NCBI GenBank assembly: GCA_964016885.1 | Contig: OZ024746.1 | Coordinates: 41,416,001 to 41,480,000 of the forward strand | Direction of reading: 5' to 3' | DNA length: 64,000 nt | From: Eledone cirrhosa | Lineage: Eukaryota | Shown here: positions 24,595 through 37,400 of the stretch, in pieces | Numbering within the stretch: the first letter of the stretch is position 1 | Layout of the letters: every line of letters starts with the position of its first letter | Position numbers and translations under genes: made by a program | Notes under the pieces: model-generated | Seen by the model: only the letters and a program-made list of their open reading frames with translations | The model's database searches: none | What the model was told of the DNA's origin: nothing

Positions 24595-25390
24595 CAGGCT
24601 CGCGTCTGAGACTATCGGAATATTTTCTGAAATCTGTCTTATAAGTTAGCACACTTTCTAACATAGTGGTATTCAGCCATACTTGCTCACTGGTTTATTT
24701 TCGGTCAGATAAATTAGCAGCTAATCTCACCATCCCGGTCAAATTGTCCCTTGCATCCATGCACAGTGACCCGTCTGCCTAGCTTCCCCTGTCACATTGT
24801 TTGAAGTTATCATTAAGGAGATAAGGCAATACGAGAATATGTTGGTGGTGAAAAGTAAGGGGCGAGGGAGTTAAGATAAAGGAATAACAGAAAAAATAAA
24901 ACTATATGGTAAGGGCCAAACTGACTACGATATAGCCAATAAGGAAATAAAATAAAACAAAAACAAAAAAAGTGGAACAATATATTATAAGGATAGTCTT
25001 CATTAAGCAGCCTAAGGCTTCACTAAGTTCCCTTACTGTAGTTTACAAGATCAAGAAATAGTACTGACCATTCCAATAGATTCAGACAGCCTATCTTGCC
25101 AGGAAATCTTTTCATCAGACGGATTCTGTAAGGTATAAGAAAAATATATAAACTTATTAAGTGAAAGAAGTTCACTGTCACTGAAACAATGTGGTGTAAA
25201 ACATTACACACATATGTAGAACGATTAACAAGGTAAATATTTGTATATATGGACAAAGTGATGAGTCTAAATTGCTACTAGAAATAGCAGCCAATGTAAA
25301 CGGCCATTCAACTCAAAGTCTAAGGAGTAGCAAATATCATGCATAAATAAATTTGTCACCAATATACATAACATTTGCAATTTGATGCCA

Positions 25391-25484
25391 TTAACTTTGC
25401 CTTTCATCCTTACGGGGTCGATAAAATAAAGTACCAGTAATGCACTGGGTAATTGCTGGCCTTGTGCCAAATGTAGAAACAATT
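25391..25484 (+). mobile_element. SINE family A, 5'-truncated
   Basis: Body and tail match. Confidence 0.85.
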
Positions 25485-25495
25485 ATTTATATATA

Positions 25496-25928
25496 CTGGA
25501 CCGAGACCTTTGGCGGTACTCAGTAATAGAGAAGACCCGCCTTACCTAAATACAAAGTAAAACCTACTACAGTCAGTAGGCATCTCTAACAAAATACACC
25601 CCCCCACCCCATCCACACCGCCCCCTCCTATGTAAAGTTATGTTGGTGCCACACCATCCAGGCCGAAACAAATGAGATTGTGTAGGTGTCACGACAAAAC
25701 ACACAGTCCACGCTGTAATGTGGCCGTGTAGGCAACACGGTAAAAACCTCCCAGCCCCACACTGTAAATGTGGTTGATGTTAGGAAGGGCATCCAGCTGT
25801 AGAAAACCCGCCAGACAGTCCTATGCGAGCAAGACAACCACTCTTGCCTCAAGTGGGAAAACCCCCGTCCAAACCCATGCAAGCGTGAAACACGGATGTT
25901 AAACGTTGATGATGATGATGATGATGAT
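25496..25928 (+). mobile_element. RTE LINE 3' end (last codons + 3' UTR + (GAT)n)
   Basis: Colinear with 24110-24432. Confidence 0.85.
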
Positions 25929-25932
25929 ATAC

Positions 25933-26121
25933 GGCGGTGGATTGGCAGTATCGGTAGAGGGTCGGACACCATGCTTTGAAGCATAGAGTTACCTCCCTTT
26001 ATAATCTGAGTTCAAATCCCGCCGAGGTTAACTTTGCCTTTCATCCTTATGGGTCGATAAAATAAAGTACCAGTAATGCACTGGGTATTTGCTGGCCTTG
26101 TGCCAAAAAGTAGAAACAATT
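25933..26121 (+). mobile_element. SINE family A, full length
   Basis: GGCGGTGGATTGGCAGTATCGG...GTAGAAACAATT. Confidence 0.9.
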
Positions 26122-26375
26122 ATTTATATATATACGCACACACACACACTAATTCCCCCCCATCCCATATATTTATATATATATATACACACACACATAT
26201 ATATATACACACACATATATATACACACACATATATATGTGTGTGTGTGTGCAGATCCCTGATCTTTCTGGGAGATCAGTAGTTCAGCTTCAGTACTTAT
26301 TTGTTCTATGTACACATGGCTAACTCTTGCTAGCGAGGAAAGCAGATGTTAAAATGACGACGATGATGATGACGA

Positions 26376-26453
<78 letters not shown>

Positions 26454-26574
26454 CAGGAAGCTTTTATCTCAAATGGCAATAAAGTGATTCTCACTGTAAG
26501 CAAAAAGAAGATTGTATGATTACTTAATATTGCATGTTAGTAAGACATAGGCATTGAGTGCAGCTGTGCAAAGT

Positions 26575-26950
26575 TTGAATAGAAACAAAGCAAGCTTGCT
26601 CTGCTGGATGTGTAATGCTAGTGCACAAGAATAACGAACCACAGAAAGTAAAACTAGGTATAAGAGCAATCAGATTTGTGTACAAGAGAGTAGAGTGCAC
26701 TTGTATGGGTATGTAACATGTGTGGATGATGACAGTTGATTAAAGATTTGCCCAGAGTTCCATCTAGAAGAAATCAGTCAAAGAGGAAGACTAAGGAAGA
26801 CGTGGGAAGAAGTGGTGAAAGATAATCTCATAATACTGTGCCTTAAAAATGGAGATGACAAAAGAATGCAATGAGGGGTAAGATGCTGTTTTGGAAAAGA
26901 ACTGTGCAGCCCATGCAAGTATGGAGAAATAGACAGAAAAATAATGATGA
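26575..26950 (+). pseudogene. Old RTE 3' fragment (similar relics at ~31690-32100 and ~46400-46650)
   Basis: Degenerate nucleotide similarity to the end of the RTE ORF (CTGGATGTGTAAT, GGAAGACGTGGGAAGAAGTGGTGAAA). Confidence 0.6.
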
Positions 26951-27469
26951 AATCCTCTCCTCTCCTATCCTTGGTTGTCCAGTGGGATGCCTAACTGATT
27001 CCACACATCATTCATGATGGTCTTGAGCTCCTCTATTGTCTCTATGTCTGTGTCTTCTAGCAGAGTTTCCATGCTGGTGATTTTTCTGGAACATTCATTA
27101 TCCTAACCAATAGAGCTTCATTCTATTTCATTCGTTCATTTGCTATCTTACTTCTTTTACTATAGATTACAATTTCCTGGCTATTTTTGCCAAAATCAAG
27201 TAGCAGGTTGTTTTTCATTATGGACTGGAATAACAGCCACACATGTTCTATACATGATAAAAGCTATTTCACATAATTCTATAGGTTAGTAAATTGCAAG
27301 TCCTGTATGCAAATCCTGAACAAGTATGAGCAGAATGGTTCCCCTGCTTCATGCAGTCATTAAGTACCAATAAATTGCTGACAACTACAACATTAAAAGA
27401 AAATCATAACAACAATAATAACGATAATATGTTTTATTTTAATTTATATTACTTTATTTTAAGACAAAT

Positions 27470-27785
27470 TATCTAGATTGTTTGGGTAAGATCATTGAAA
27501 AAAGAAAGGTTTCCTGAGAAAGTTATCAATGTTATCAAATCTAATGAATGACAATATATCTCTTAAATGAAGAAATTATCCAAATATAAAGATCTGGAAA
27601 TATAGAGATAGGAGAATGTAATGGTTGAAAAGAGAAGCAATCTCCATATTAAAAGAATCCTTGTGAATATTAACAAAGAAATATGCTGACTGATGCATAA
27701 CTGAAACCTCAAAACTCACACACATATACAACAGGCTGAAAATAGAGCACATATATCATATAGAGTATTTTCAATACAATAGAAA
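27470..27785 (+). pseudogene. R4/Dong-like RLE non-LTR 3' fragment, highly decayed
   Basis: DNISLK*.KLSKYKDLEI ... RVFSIQ* resembles the RLE C-terminus (EKxxKYxDLxxE). Confidence 0.55.
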
Positions 27786-27911
27786 AACACAAGAATGGCA
27801 TTACTCACCCTGAAGACACACAGAACTGCACACAACTGCACTTGGTTGTGCAGTGAAAACATGCAATAAAATCAGATTACTGACTTATATATAACAAAAA
27901 AAAAATCGAAT

Positions 27912-28293
27912 ATACTAATATAGTGACCTTGCGTATTTGTCCATAATGCAGTAGAGATGACTGAGGAAGGAAGGGATGACTATGTCGACTGAGGAATGAA
28001 GGGGTAATTATGTTGACTGAGGAAGGGAGGGGTGATTACATCAACTGAGGAAGAAAGGGGTGATTTCATTGAATGAAACAGACACAGTTAGAAAAAATAA
28101 TTATTACATACACACACATCTATGTGATGACTGAGGAGGAGAGGATGAGAAACTATAGAAGTGCAGCATTCTAAGATTCGTCACAGCTGTGTGTTTGTAC
28201 GTTTGTATCACTTGTGTGAGTGAGTGCAAAGCAACCAACCAACCAACCAACCAACCAACCAACAAACATCTCTTTTTTTATATTATGTATAGA
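27912..28293 (+). mobile_element. Helentron/DINE-1-like non-autonomous element with internal 28-bp tandem array and (CAAC)n
   Basis: Four 28-bp ACTGAGGAAG.. units at 27960-28071 and (CAAC)n at 28232-28263. Ends ACAAACATCTCTTTTTTATATTATGTATAGAT. Confidence 0.55.
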
Positions 28294-28409
28294 TATTACA
28301 ATTAGCCATCTTCCTGCATTTCTTGCTTGTAAAGAATTTAGCTGGAGTTCCTCACCATCTTACTTCTTACACCTCTTGTGTAAGAAGTGATTCTGATGAC
28401 AAGTGTTCC

Positions 28410-28993
28410 ACGTGATGTGATCAATGTATCAGCCTGCTTGTGAAATTAATGCACAAATGGCTAAGTATTCCACAGACATGTGCACCTTTAACCCTTTAAC
28501 ATTTACACAGGCCATATCCAGCCAGAATTCTCTCACCTACTTCAAACCGGTCATAACTGGCCACTCATACCGACCATAAGATATTGATCTCAAAATATCA
28601 AAATCTTGTAGATTCGATATGATGTGAGATAATTGTGTAAGATACAGCCTTTTATGTGAAAATACGATAGTAAACACAGAGTAATGTAAATACTAAAGGT
28701 TTACTGTAATTCTCAGGAAGATTCAGCATGACAATGTGCAACAAGGCTAACTCACTGAAATACTTAAATGCAGGAAAAACTCAATTTTGCCAGCTGAGTG
28801 GACTGGAGCAACATGAAATAAAGTGTCTTACTCAAGGGAATCAAACTCATGCCACAGGGAATCAAACTCATGGGAATCAACTCAAACACATGAGAATCAA
28901 ACTCAAGGGAATCAAACTCATGCCACAGGGAATCAAACTCATGGACCTAATATATTGATCTGAATACCATAACCACTAAGCCATGTGTCTTCA
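28410..28993 (-). mobile_element. CORE-like SINE carrying a nested piggyBac-type MITE (28488-28703) and an amplified B-box segment
   Basis: The SINE body is interrupted at TTAA by the MITE family seen at 981-1196. The head AACCACTAAGCCATGTG is at 28971-28987. Confidence 0.7.
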
Positions 28994-30019
28994 CAAGGAC
29001 TTATACAAGAGTGCATGGGGAACAAACATTTGAATATCCAGCTACAACAAAAATCTCTTCAACTCTGCATAGAATAACAAATAGAAAAATAACAGGCATC
29101 ACAGAAGAATAAGTAGAAAGAAGAGATGTAGATGGGGTATTTAAAAGAAACAATAAATAAAATAGAAGAATTGATCATAGCAAAAATCAATCAACATGGA
29201 TCAATGAGAATATTTTCTCAATCTATGTATGAATAAACAAATGTTTCCGGGGGAAAATAGCTAAATACATCAACTAGAAATTCACCCTCAAGAAATTCTT
29301 TCAGCTGAAACAAACCAGAACATGAATATGGTAAATTACCCAATTTACTTAGTAAGCCAAACAGTATTATGTGAAACTGGGTTTAACTCAAATATAGAGT
29401 AAGCCCACATCCATTGAGTGAGAAAAAAAAAGAGCAAACACATGGGTTGTCTAATAGGGACAAAAATAAATTAAACAAATATTGATAAAATATAATATTA
29501 AGAAAGAAGAAACATTTAAATAACTGATCCTCTTTGTAAAACATTCAAGATAAGATCAGTTGAAAAACGAACATTTCTTCCATTCAAATCATGTATTTGA
29601 AACAAACACTAAAACATTTTACTGGGACATTAAAAAAAACAAAAACAAACAAATACACACAAAATAAAAATAACAAGCTAATATTACATTAAGAGAGACA
29701 CTAACAATACAAAAAATCCAATCATTTTGAGAAATCAGGAAGCAAAAATATTCAGCAGAATAAAAATGCACAGTGAAGAAGAAAAGTGAGCAACAACAAA
29801 AAAAAAAGATAAAATAAGATGCATGACTCAGCATAAAAATGGAGATTTTACCGACACATTTAAAACTGCTAGTAACTGGGATTGATATTATCCCAAATTT
29901 CAGGTTAACATAATTAAACAGTTGTACATGAAGTTACAGCAGCAAAGTATTCAATGTATTATTGGAGACAAAAATCAACACCCGACTAGTTACTAGCAGG
30001 AAAAAAAAAATACTGGGGA

Positions 30020-30195
30020 TTGTCCGGCCACTGTCGAGACCTCAGGTATACTTGGATCCCGCACTGCTAAGCTCCTCTGCAAGATCAGAATGTCGGCAGC
30101 CCATCTGAGGAAGAAGCCCCACTAGGTGGGGTGGCTGTTGCAGCAGGTGTCACTGGCCATAGTCTGCAAGAATACTTTTTCAGTCTTGTCCGTGG
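30020..30195 (+). pseudogene. CRE-like RLE C-terminal relic
   Basis: VETSGILGSRTAKLL...WLLQQVSLAI, homologous to 3900-4050. Confidence 0.6.
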
Positions 30196-30812
30196 GGTGC
30201 AGCCTCATTACCACCGCGCCAAGGCCCAGAGCCCAATCCCCCTCCCCATTCTTCTGTGACACTTGAACCCTTGCCTTTTCCTTCCTTTTCCGTTTTTATA
30301 TTTTCTTATTCTACATTCCCAATCTAAAATATTTTTTTCTTTTTCTATTAAATTGACTGCTTATCAATGATATGTATATATACTATCTTCACATCAATAC
30401 TCTCCTAAGAAGTGGTTGTTCACTTGCAAGATCATGATATTTTACTAAAGACTCAAAAAGGGATGTATAGATTGGAAACTGAGCAGTTTTTGCAAATGGC
30501 AAAAAACAAGAGTAACAGTAACCTCAGCTTAAATAGAATTGAACACATAAACACTTTTGACATCATAACACACTTCTAAATATTCAAGTCATTGTGCAAA
30601 CATGGCACTATATCAAACATGCCATGTCAAAATGGAAAACATTCAAAGATCAAATTAAATGAAAAAAAAAAGAAATTAATATCCCAATACGAAAAAAAAA
30701 AAAAAGAGCATGTGTGAACATCTAGCAAGATTAAAAATAAAACTTGTCAAGGAACATAAAACCTACCACAAGATTATTTACTTACTGTTGAGTACCTATG
30801 GTTTCTTAAAGC

Positions 30813-31247
30813 ATCATCATCATCATCATCATCACCATTTTACGTCCGTTCTTCCACGCTAGCATGGGTTAGACGGGTTGTCCTGTTGTGGGCAGTGTCC
30901 GGTTGGCTGACCTTGTCTTGCTCATACGGGAACAGATTCTGGCTTGATTTCTACAGCTGGATGCCCTTCCTAACACCAACCTCATTTACAGTGAGTGCTG
31001 GGTGCTTTTTTTCTGTGGTGCCTACACGTCCACTTTACAGTGTGGACTGGGTGCTTTTTTGCCGTGGCACCTTCATGACCACTTTGCAGTGGAATGATAG
31101 GGACCCCAGCCCTATCATCTCATTTCTACAGCTGAGTAAACTGGAGCAATGTGAAATAAAGTGTCTTGCTCAAGGAAACAACACATCACCCGGTCTGAGT
31201 ATTGAACTCACAACCTTTCGATTACAAGCCCAATGCTCTAAGCAGTA
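30813..31247 (-). mobile_element. SINE family B, long variant
   Basis: Family B head and core, plus a 3' part almost identical to the RTE 3' UTR at 60190-60463. Confidence 0.88.
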
Positions 31248-33167
31248 GATTTAAAATGAAAAGTAAACCAACAAAAATAGACTAATCATAAAACCTAACC
31301 CAATGCCAGAAATAAGACCATAGACTAGTTACCTTAGTTATAAATAATATTTTAAATTCATCACCTAACTTAGGCTCTTGTTCTCAGAACTGGCCTTACC
31401 CTTTTTCATAGATTTTTCTTAATATTTAATTTTATTTCCAATGAATAATCTTTCAGAATCACTTGATATTTCACACCCTCAACTCCTAGCCCTATGTATT
31501 ACATGCTCGCACCAACAACAACTTCTCCTGTATGTATTTACAAATGAATCTTATGCCCAGCTTTCTTCTGACACTCAATATTACATATAACTTAAAATGT
31601 TTAGTTAACATAACTAAATTTGAATTAATCCTTTTGGTAACAATGTTGCTAGAGAAAGGAAGGGGTGGAGGAATACATCAAACTGGCGTCTCTGTTGGCA
31701 ATAAAAGGACTTAGTTTTTATGTGAAAGCAGATTCCATGAACCATACATAAAAGTGTGATGCTGCAGCATAGTGAGACATGGACATCAAATGTAGAAGAA
31801 CTATGGAAGCTGGGGAGAAATAATGAGCATATGGTATGCAATGTTAGTTTGTCTAATGAATGAAATGATAATTAATGTTAGTATGCATGAAAGAGAGAGC
31901 AGATAGGCATTAAATGTATCAACTAAAGTGTGTAAAGGTGGGAGCATCAATTGTATTAGTATAGCTGTGTGATAAGAATAGATGATAAGTGTTGGGTGAA
32001 AAAGTGTTTTGGACTGTTGGTGAAATGTACCTGTGTAAAAGGAAATCTGGAGGAAATAGAGGAAAATGCATGGAAAATGGACTTTAAAACCTTTAATCAT
32101 AATAATGATGATAGCAATGATGACGATGGGGATGGTGATGAGGGGGAGGAGCAAGATAATGAAGAGGAAGTGGCTGACGGTGATAAATGTTAATGTACAA
32201 GAGTTTCTAAAATACCAGGTACTAAAATAGACTGATATGATAAAATGTCTGATAAAGTAAATCTAACATTATTTTATAAAATAAATGTCATATTTTTTAA
32301 ATACACCAGACTGTCTTTATAAAATAGAACAGAAAATCTGTAGAAAGATTAAAAATCTAAATTAACAAGTATGGTGAACATCCTGTTGTCTGCTTCAGAC
32401 ACCACACCTGTTTCCTCCAAGTAGCATATCCAAATTAACTAGCAACTTATTAATTACAGTTTTTAGCAGGCAAAAGTTTGAAGTTAACACTGCATAAAAC
32501 TTGAGGTGTTTTATAATAAATTGCATTCATTTCTAAGTTAATCTTTTTACTAGAAATACAGGAAAAAAAATAATAATAATTTTTTGCTCCTATTTTTCTA
32601 ATCTGAATTGGGCTACATTTTGCAAATTTGAACAGTTATGTCTTATTGAAGGAACCATTTTTATATTTAGTTACTTTTCCAACAACCAGCCATTCATCTA
32701 TGAAGTAGGAATTTGTTATATAAGCAAACTAAAGCAAGAGAAAGTACAAGAGTTTCCTAAAGTTTGTAAAGCAATGGAGCTAGACTAAATCATTATACTT
32801 GTTATCTTATGTTTTGGGGTAAGGCATATACCTATGATTACTTATGTATGCCTCATTGAGGACATGTTCCATGTCTGCTTCAAGATTAAGTAGGAGTTAA
32901 TAGAAGTAATATAACTGTGAAGTAACAGTGGAACCTGCTATAGAAGTTTGGAAACATCCAGATCTGCAAAAAACAAAACAAAACAAAAAAGGTAATAAAA
33001 AAAGGTTTCTCTAATCTGTCCGCCGGGGCCATGGGTGGCCATCGCATGGGACCCCAATTGTTTATAATAGTGAGAAATGAGGACGGTGAGAGAGATGGAG
33101 ATGATGACAGTGGGAGTTCGGCTTCTCTGTGTTCGGACCTGGTGTACGTGTATATGTATGTTTACCA

Positions 33168-34163
33168 TTACGTCCCTTTACGGTCTGAGTTCAAATCCCG
33201 CCGAGTTATCTTTGCCTTTCATCCTTACGGGGGTTGATAAAATAAACTACCAGTAATGTACTGGGTGATTGCTGGCCTTGTGCCAAAAGTAGAAACAATT
33301 ATTATCATTGTTATTGTTATACTTTCTTTAAGAGCCATCTAACTCTCTACAGCTCAATGTATAATTAAAAAGTTATAACTAGACCGATGTAGCTGATAAA
33401 AATACAAGGATTTTAAATTAAATGATTTACTCCTTCTAGTATAGTATCTCAAATGGCAGTAATTTAAAGAGGTTGATTCAGTTGATTATGCAAAAATGTG
33501 GGATTGTGCTAAATGAAATGAAATGTTTACTTACCTTATTGTGGATTGGTAGTATCAGTAGAGCGTCAGACATCATGCTCTGCAGCATAGAGTTATGGCC
33601 CTTTACGTTCTGAGTTCAAATCCCGCCGAGGTTAACTTTGCCTTTCATCCTTACGGGGGGGGGGGGGGGGGTCGATAAAATAAAGCACCATTAATGCACT
33701 GGAGTAATTGCTGGCCTTGTGCCAAAAGTAGAAACAATTATTTCTATAGTTATGAGGGTAGTGAATTGGCAGTATTGGTAGAGCCTCGGACAACATGCTT
33801 TGTGGCATAGTGTTACGTCCCTTTATGTTCTGAGTTCAAATCTTGCTGAGGTTAGCATTGCCTTTCACCCCTACGAGTTTGACAAAATAAAGTACCAGTA
33901 ACAAACTAAGGTTGATTTACTCAACTTTCCCTTCCCCAAAATTGTTGACCTTGTGCCTAAATTAGAAACCATTATTTTTGGATTGGCAGTATCGGCAGAG
34001 GCTCTGATGCCATGCTTTGCAGCAAAGAGTTACGGCCTTTTATGGTCTGAGTTCAAATCCCGCTGAGGTTAACTTTGCCTTACATCCTTACAGGGTCGAT
34101 AAAATAAAGCACCAGTAATGCACTGGGAAATTGCTGGCCTTGTGCCAAAAGTAGAAACAATTA
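33168..34163 (+). mobile_element. Cluster of four co-oriented family A SINEs (33168-33300, 33541-33740, 33756-33975, 33979-34163)
   Basis: Repeated head, body and tail motifs. Confidence 0.88.
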
Positions 34164-36049
34164 TTTTTATAGTTATTGTGCCTTCAAATTATATAGTACT
34201 CTGTGTTTCACATAAATTACTCATCTACAGAGTCTTCAACTCCATTTTGATTTGTGTTTATAGCTATTTTACTTATGTAACTAATAGATTTGAGAAAGCT
34301 ATGAGCATAAGAATCTCAATTCCACTTTCAAAATTCTGAGGCTTTGTGCCTGTATAAGAAATCAATTTAATGATTGAACTAGCAAGCAAAAGAAGATAAA
34401 GAATTCAGTTTTCCTTTGAATCCTTGTAAAGATTTATTTTATTACAATGGATTATTTTTACCACAAGAAAAGGGATAAAAATATTTTTCTAACAACCCTT
34501 TAATAATTTATCACAAGACAGTGAGTTCATGTAATTATCAAAGTCTTTGTACACATTCTGTTTGTATTTTTCTCCTTAGTTATGGTTTGCATTGTTGAGA
34601 AAGTGTCTCGGTCAGTACAGTTTTCACCTGTGATATCAATAATGTCAGTATTGACTAATTAATAAAGAATTAATCTCCAATAAAAGCAGAACTAAGTCAA
34701 TACTTGATTTTTCTCTTGAAACGACTTTCTTTCAATCAACCTGTAAAGTAAATTTGAAGAGCATTGAAAGCAAATAGATAAATTATTGACCAGTTTGAAT
34801 GTTGCATTTCTCCAATGTAACAAGTATTTCTTATATTTAAAGATAAGATGAGGATAAACAGCTATTTTATGAATATTCTTTTTTACTTTTAAAAATAAAT
34901 TTTTCTTCTTTTATTTATAATCTGGAACATTCAGATAAACACTTCAAAGAAGCGGAGTGTTGAAGTTAGTAACATGTGACAGAAACCTTAGTTGTAGAGA
35001 GAATAAATAACTTAGCAACATTGAAAATATTTTTTATAATTTGATGATTTTACAGATTTCCTTGATATGTCCAAAAACAACAACAAAAAAACCCAATAAA
35101 CCAAGTAGCATATTAAATATGGTTTTTAATTCACTGATTTTGTTTGTCTTTGATATTTTGGTTTATATTTTCCTTCAGATTTACAACATCTGAGAGTGAT
35201 GTTTTCAGGTTTTTTTTTTCATTTTTCAACTGGAATCTTTAGGTGGTAATAACAGCCAATGGATTGTATTTTGGAACAAGCTGTCTCTCATATAAAGTTT
35301 TCTTTTTAGTTTTTATTAAAGGGTCGACTGAGTTATTAAAATTGTTTTTTTTCCAGCTTTTCTTTGATAAAGTGTTTTCGGTCTAATATAGTTCTCTATC
35401 TGAAATAAACTTCTATTGAGTCTTGCTGGGATTTATTTAATGAATGAATAAAAAATAACAATTTATATTGTACCACAATTACTTAAAAAAGACAGTCATT
35501 AGTTATGATGGGGCACAATAAAGTAAAGTTCAATATATATTAAAGAACAAAGACAAGTGTGATTGACTCTCAAAGCAAAGGAACAGTAATCACAAAACAA
35601 CAGGTGTTTTTTTTATGAAGTTTGAATACTTCAATTGAGCTAGACAGCTGGAGATCAACAAGAAATTCATTCAAATATCTTGAGATGTAGAAAATTGAAA
35701 GCACTGTTACATTGTTAATACTTTGAAAATGATTTTAAGTCCTGTGTAAATGTGGCTAAGTCATATAAAGGAGGTTTGAAATAGCAACAGTATCAGAGCC
35801 ATGAAGATATTTATATATCATACTAATGGGATTTTTATATATCTTCTGATCAATAGTGAGTTAATGATGTTTTTCTCTTGCAAATGTAGATATCCCCAGA
35901 ACTTGATCTCAGCTAATATATTCAACATGTGTTACTATTGTTGTAATTGTTTAGCCCCAGGTACACCTTATTGGGACAGATTTATGATAAAAGGCATTCT
36001 AACCATGGCAATTGCTTCATTTTAAAGGTATCCAGGAGTAAATTATCAA

Positions 36050-36935
36050 ATGAAAAAGAAACTCCAACACAAAGGGAAAAGGGATAAATGTTATAATAGA
36101 GGAAATAACGCAACGAGTCATAGCCAAAGGTGCAAAAATTAAAAGAAATATGAGGACAGAGTTAACCAGTATAGATAAAACCATATGTTCAACAACAACC
36201 TGAAGATTTTATTTGAATAGCTTGAAAGGAATTAAAAAGCCAAGGATGCTATACCTGAGGCTGATCAGACCAACACATTTTTGAGAGGGATATGGGAGCA
36301 GGATGTTGAGCATAATAGTCAGGCAGAGTGGATTGAAACTGTTAAAAAAGAGGTTACTGGACAAGTACACCAACAACCTGATTTGAGTGTCTTGGTTGAA
36401 ACCCTTAAAAAGCAGGCTAATAAATTAACCAACTGGAAATCACCAGGCCCAGATGGTATGCAAGGATATTGAACTAAAAATATTGTCTCTCGACCCAAAA
36501 CTAACACCGTTGTTCAATAACTGCTTGGTGTCAGGTGAAATACCGCAGTTATTGACAAAAGGTACCATGGTTCTAATAATGAAAGAAGGCACCAAGGGAA
36601 ATGATGTTAACAAATATAGGCCTATAACATGTCTGCCCTTGATGTGGAAATTGCTAAAAAGCATTATGTCTGAGAAAATTGACCATCACCTTGACATAAA
36701 CAACCCATTGCCGGAGGAACAGAAAGGATGCCGAAAGAAGTCCCATGGTACAAAAAACCAGTTACCGATTGACAAGATGATGATAACTAACTACAAGAGG
36801 AGGCATATTGGTCTTGCCATTCAACATAGTTCATCATTTTTTGATAACCAAGTTTCTGGAAATCTTCAAGGTGGCAGACAATATCAGACTGCTATTAAGT
36901 AATAGCATGAAGTCCTGGGAGACAGAGTTAAGATC
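36050..36935 (+). pseudogene. R4/Dong-like non-LTR reverse transcriptase N-terminal fragment
   Basis: NWKSPGPDGMQGY, LTKG..VLI.K, YRPITCLPLMWKLL, LPEEQKGCRK, GTKNQL.IDKM. Frameshifted. Confidence 0.78.
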
Positions 36936-37000
36936 AGCACTGGTGTCAATTTAATTGACTCGCCCCTCCCTTCAAATTGCTTTCCTTGTGCCTATTATAA

Positions 37001-37400
37001 GGGCAGTGGATTGGCAATATTGGTAGATCATGGGACAACATTCTTTGTGACATAGAGTTATGTCCCTTTACATTCTGAGTTCAAATCTCGCTGAGGTTAG
37101 CTTCGCCTTTCATTCTTTCAGGGTTGATAAAATAAAGTACCAGTAATGTACTGGAGTTGATTTAATCGACTTTCTCCTCCCCACAAAATTGTTGGCCTTG
37201 TTATTATTGGATTGGCAGTAATGGTAAAGCATCAGATACCATGCTTCGTAGCATAGAGTTACGTCCCTTTACGTTCCGAGTTCAAATTCCACCGAAGTTA
37301 GCTTTGCTTTTCATCCTTACTGGGTTGATAAAATAAAACACCAGTAGTGCACTGGGGTCGATTTAATCGACTTGCTCCTCCCCCCCAAAAAAAATTGGCT
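37001..37400 (+). mobile_element. Two tandem family A SINEs (37001-37200, 37209-37400); another decayed copy at ~38354-38520
   Basis: Head and body motifs. Confidence 0.85.

Noticed and set aside
34620-34742. Possible minus-strand exon after a TTTACAG acceptor
   Set aside because: Short frame ending in a stop, no recognisable protein, and no partner exons.
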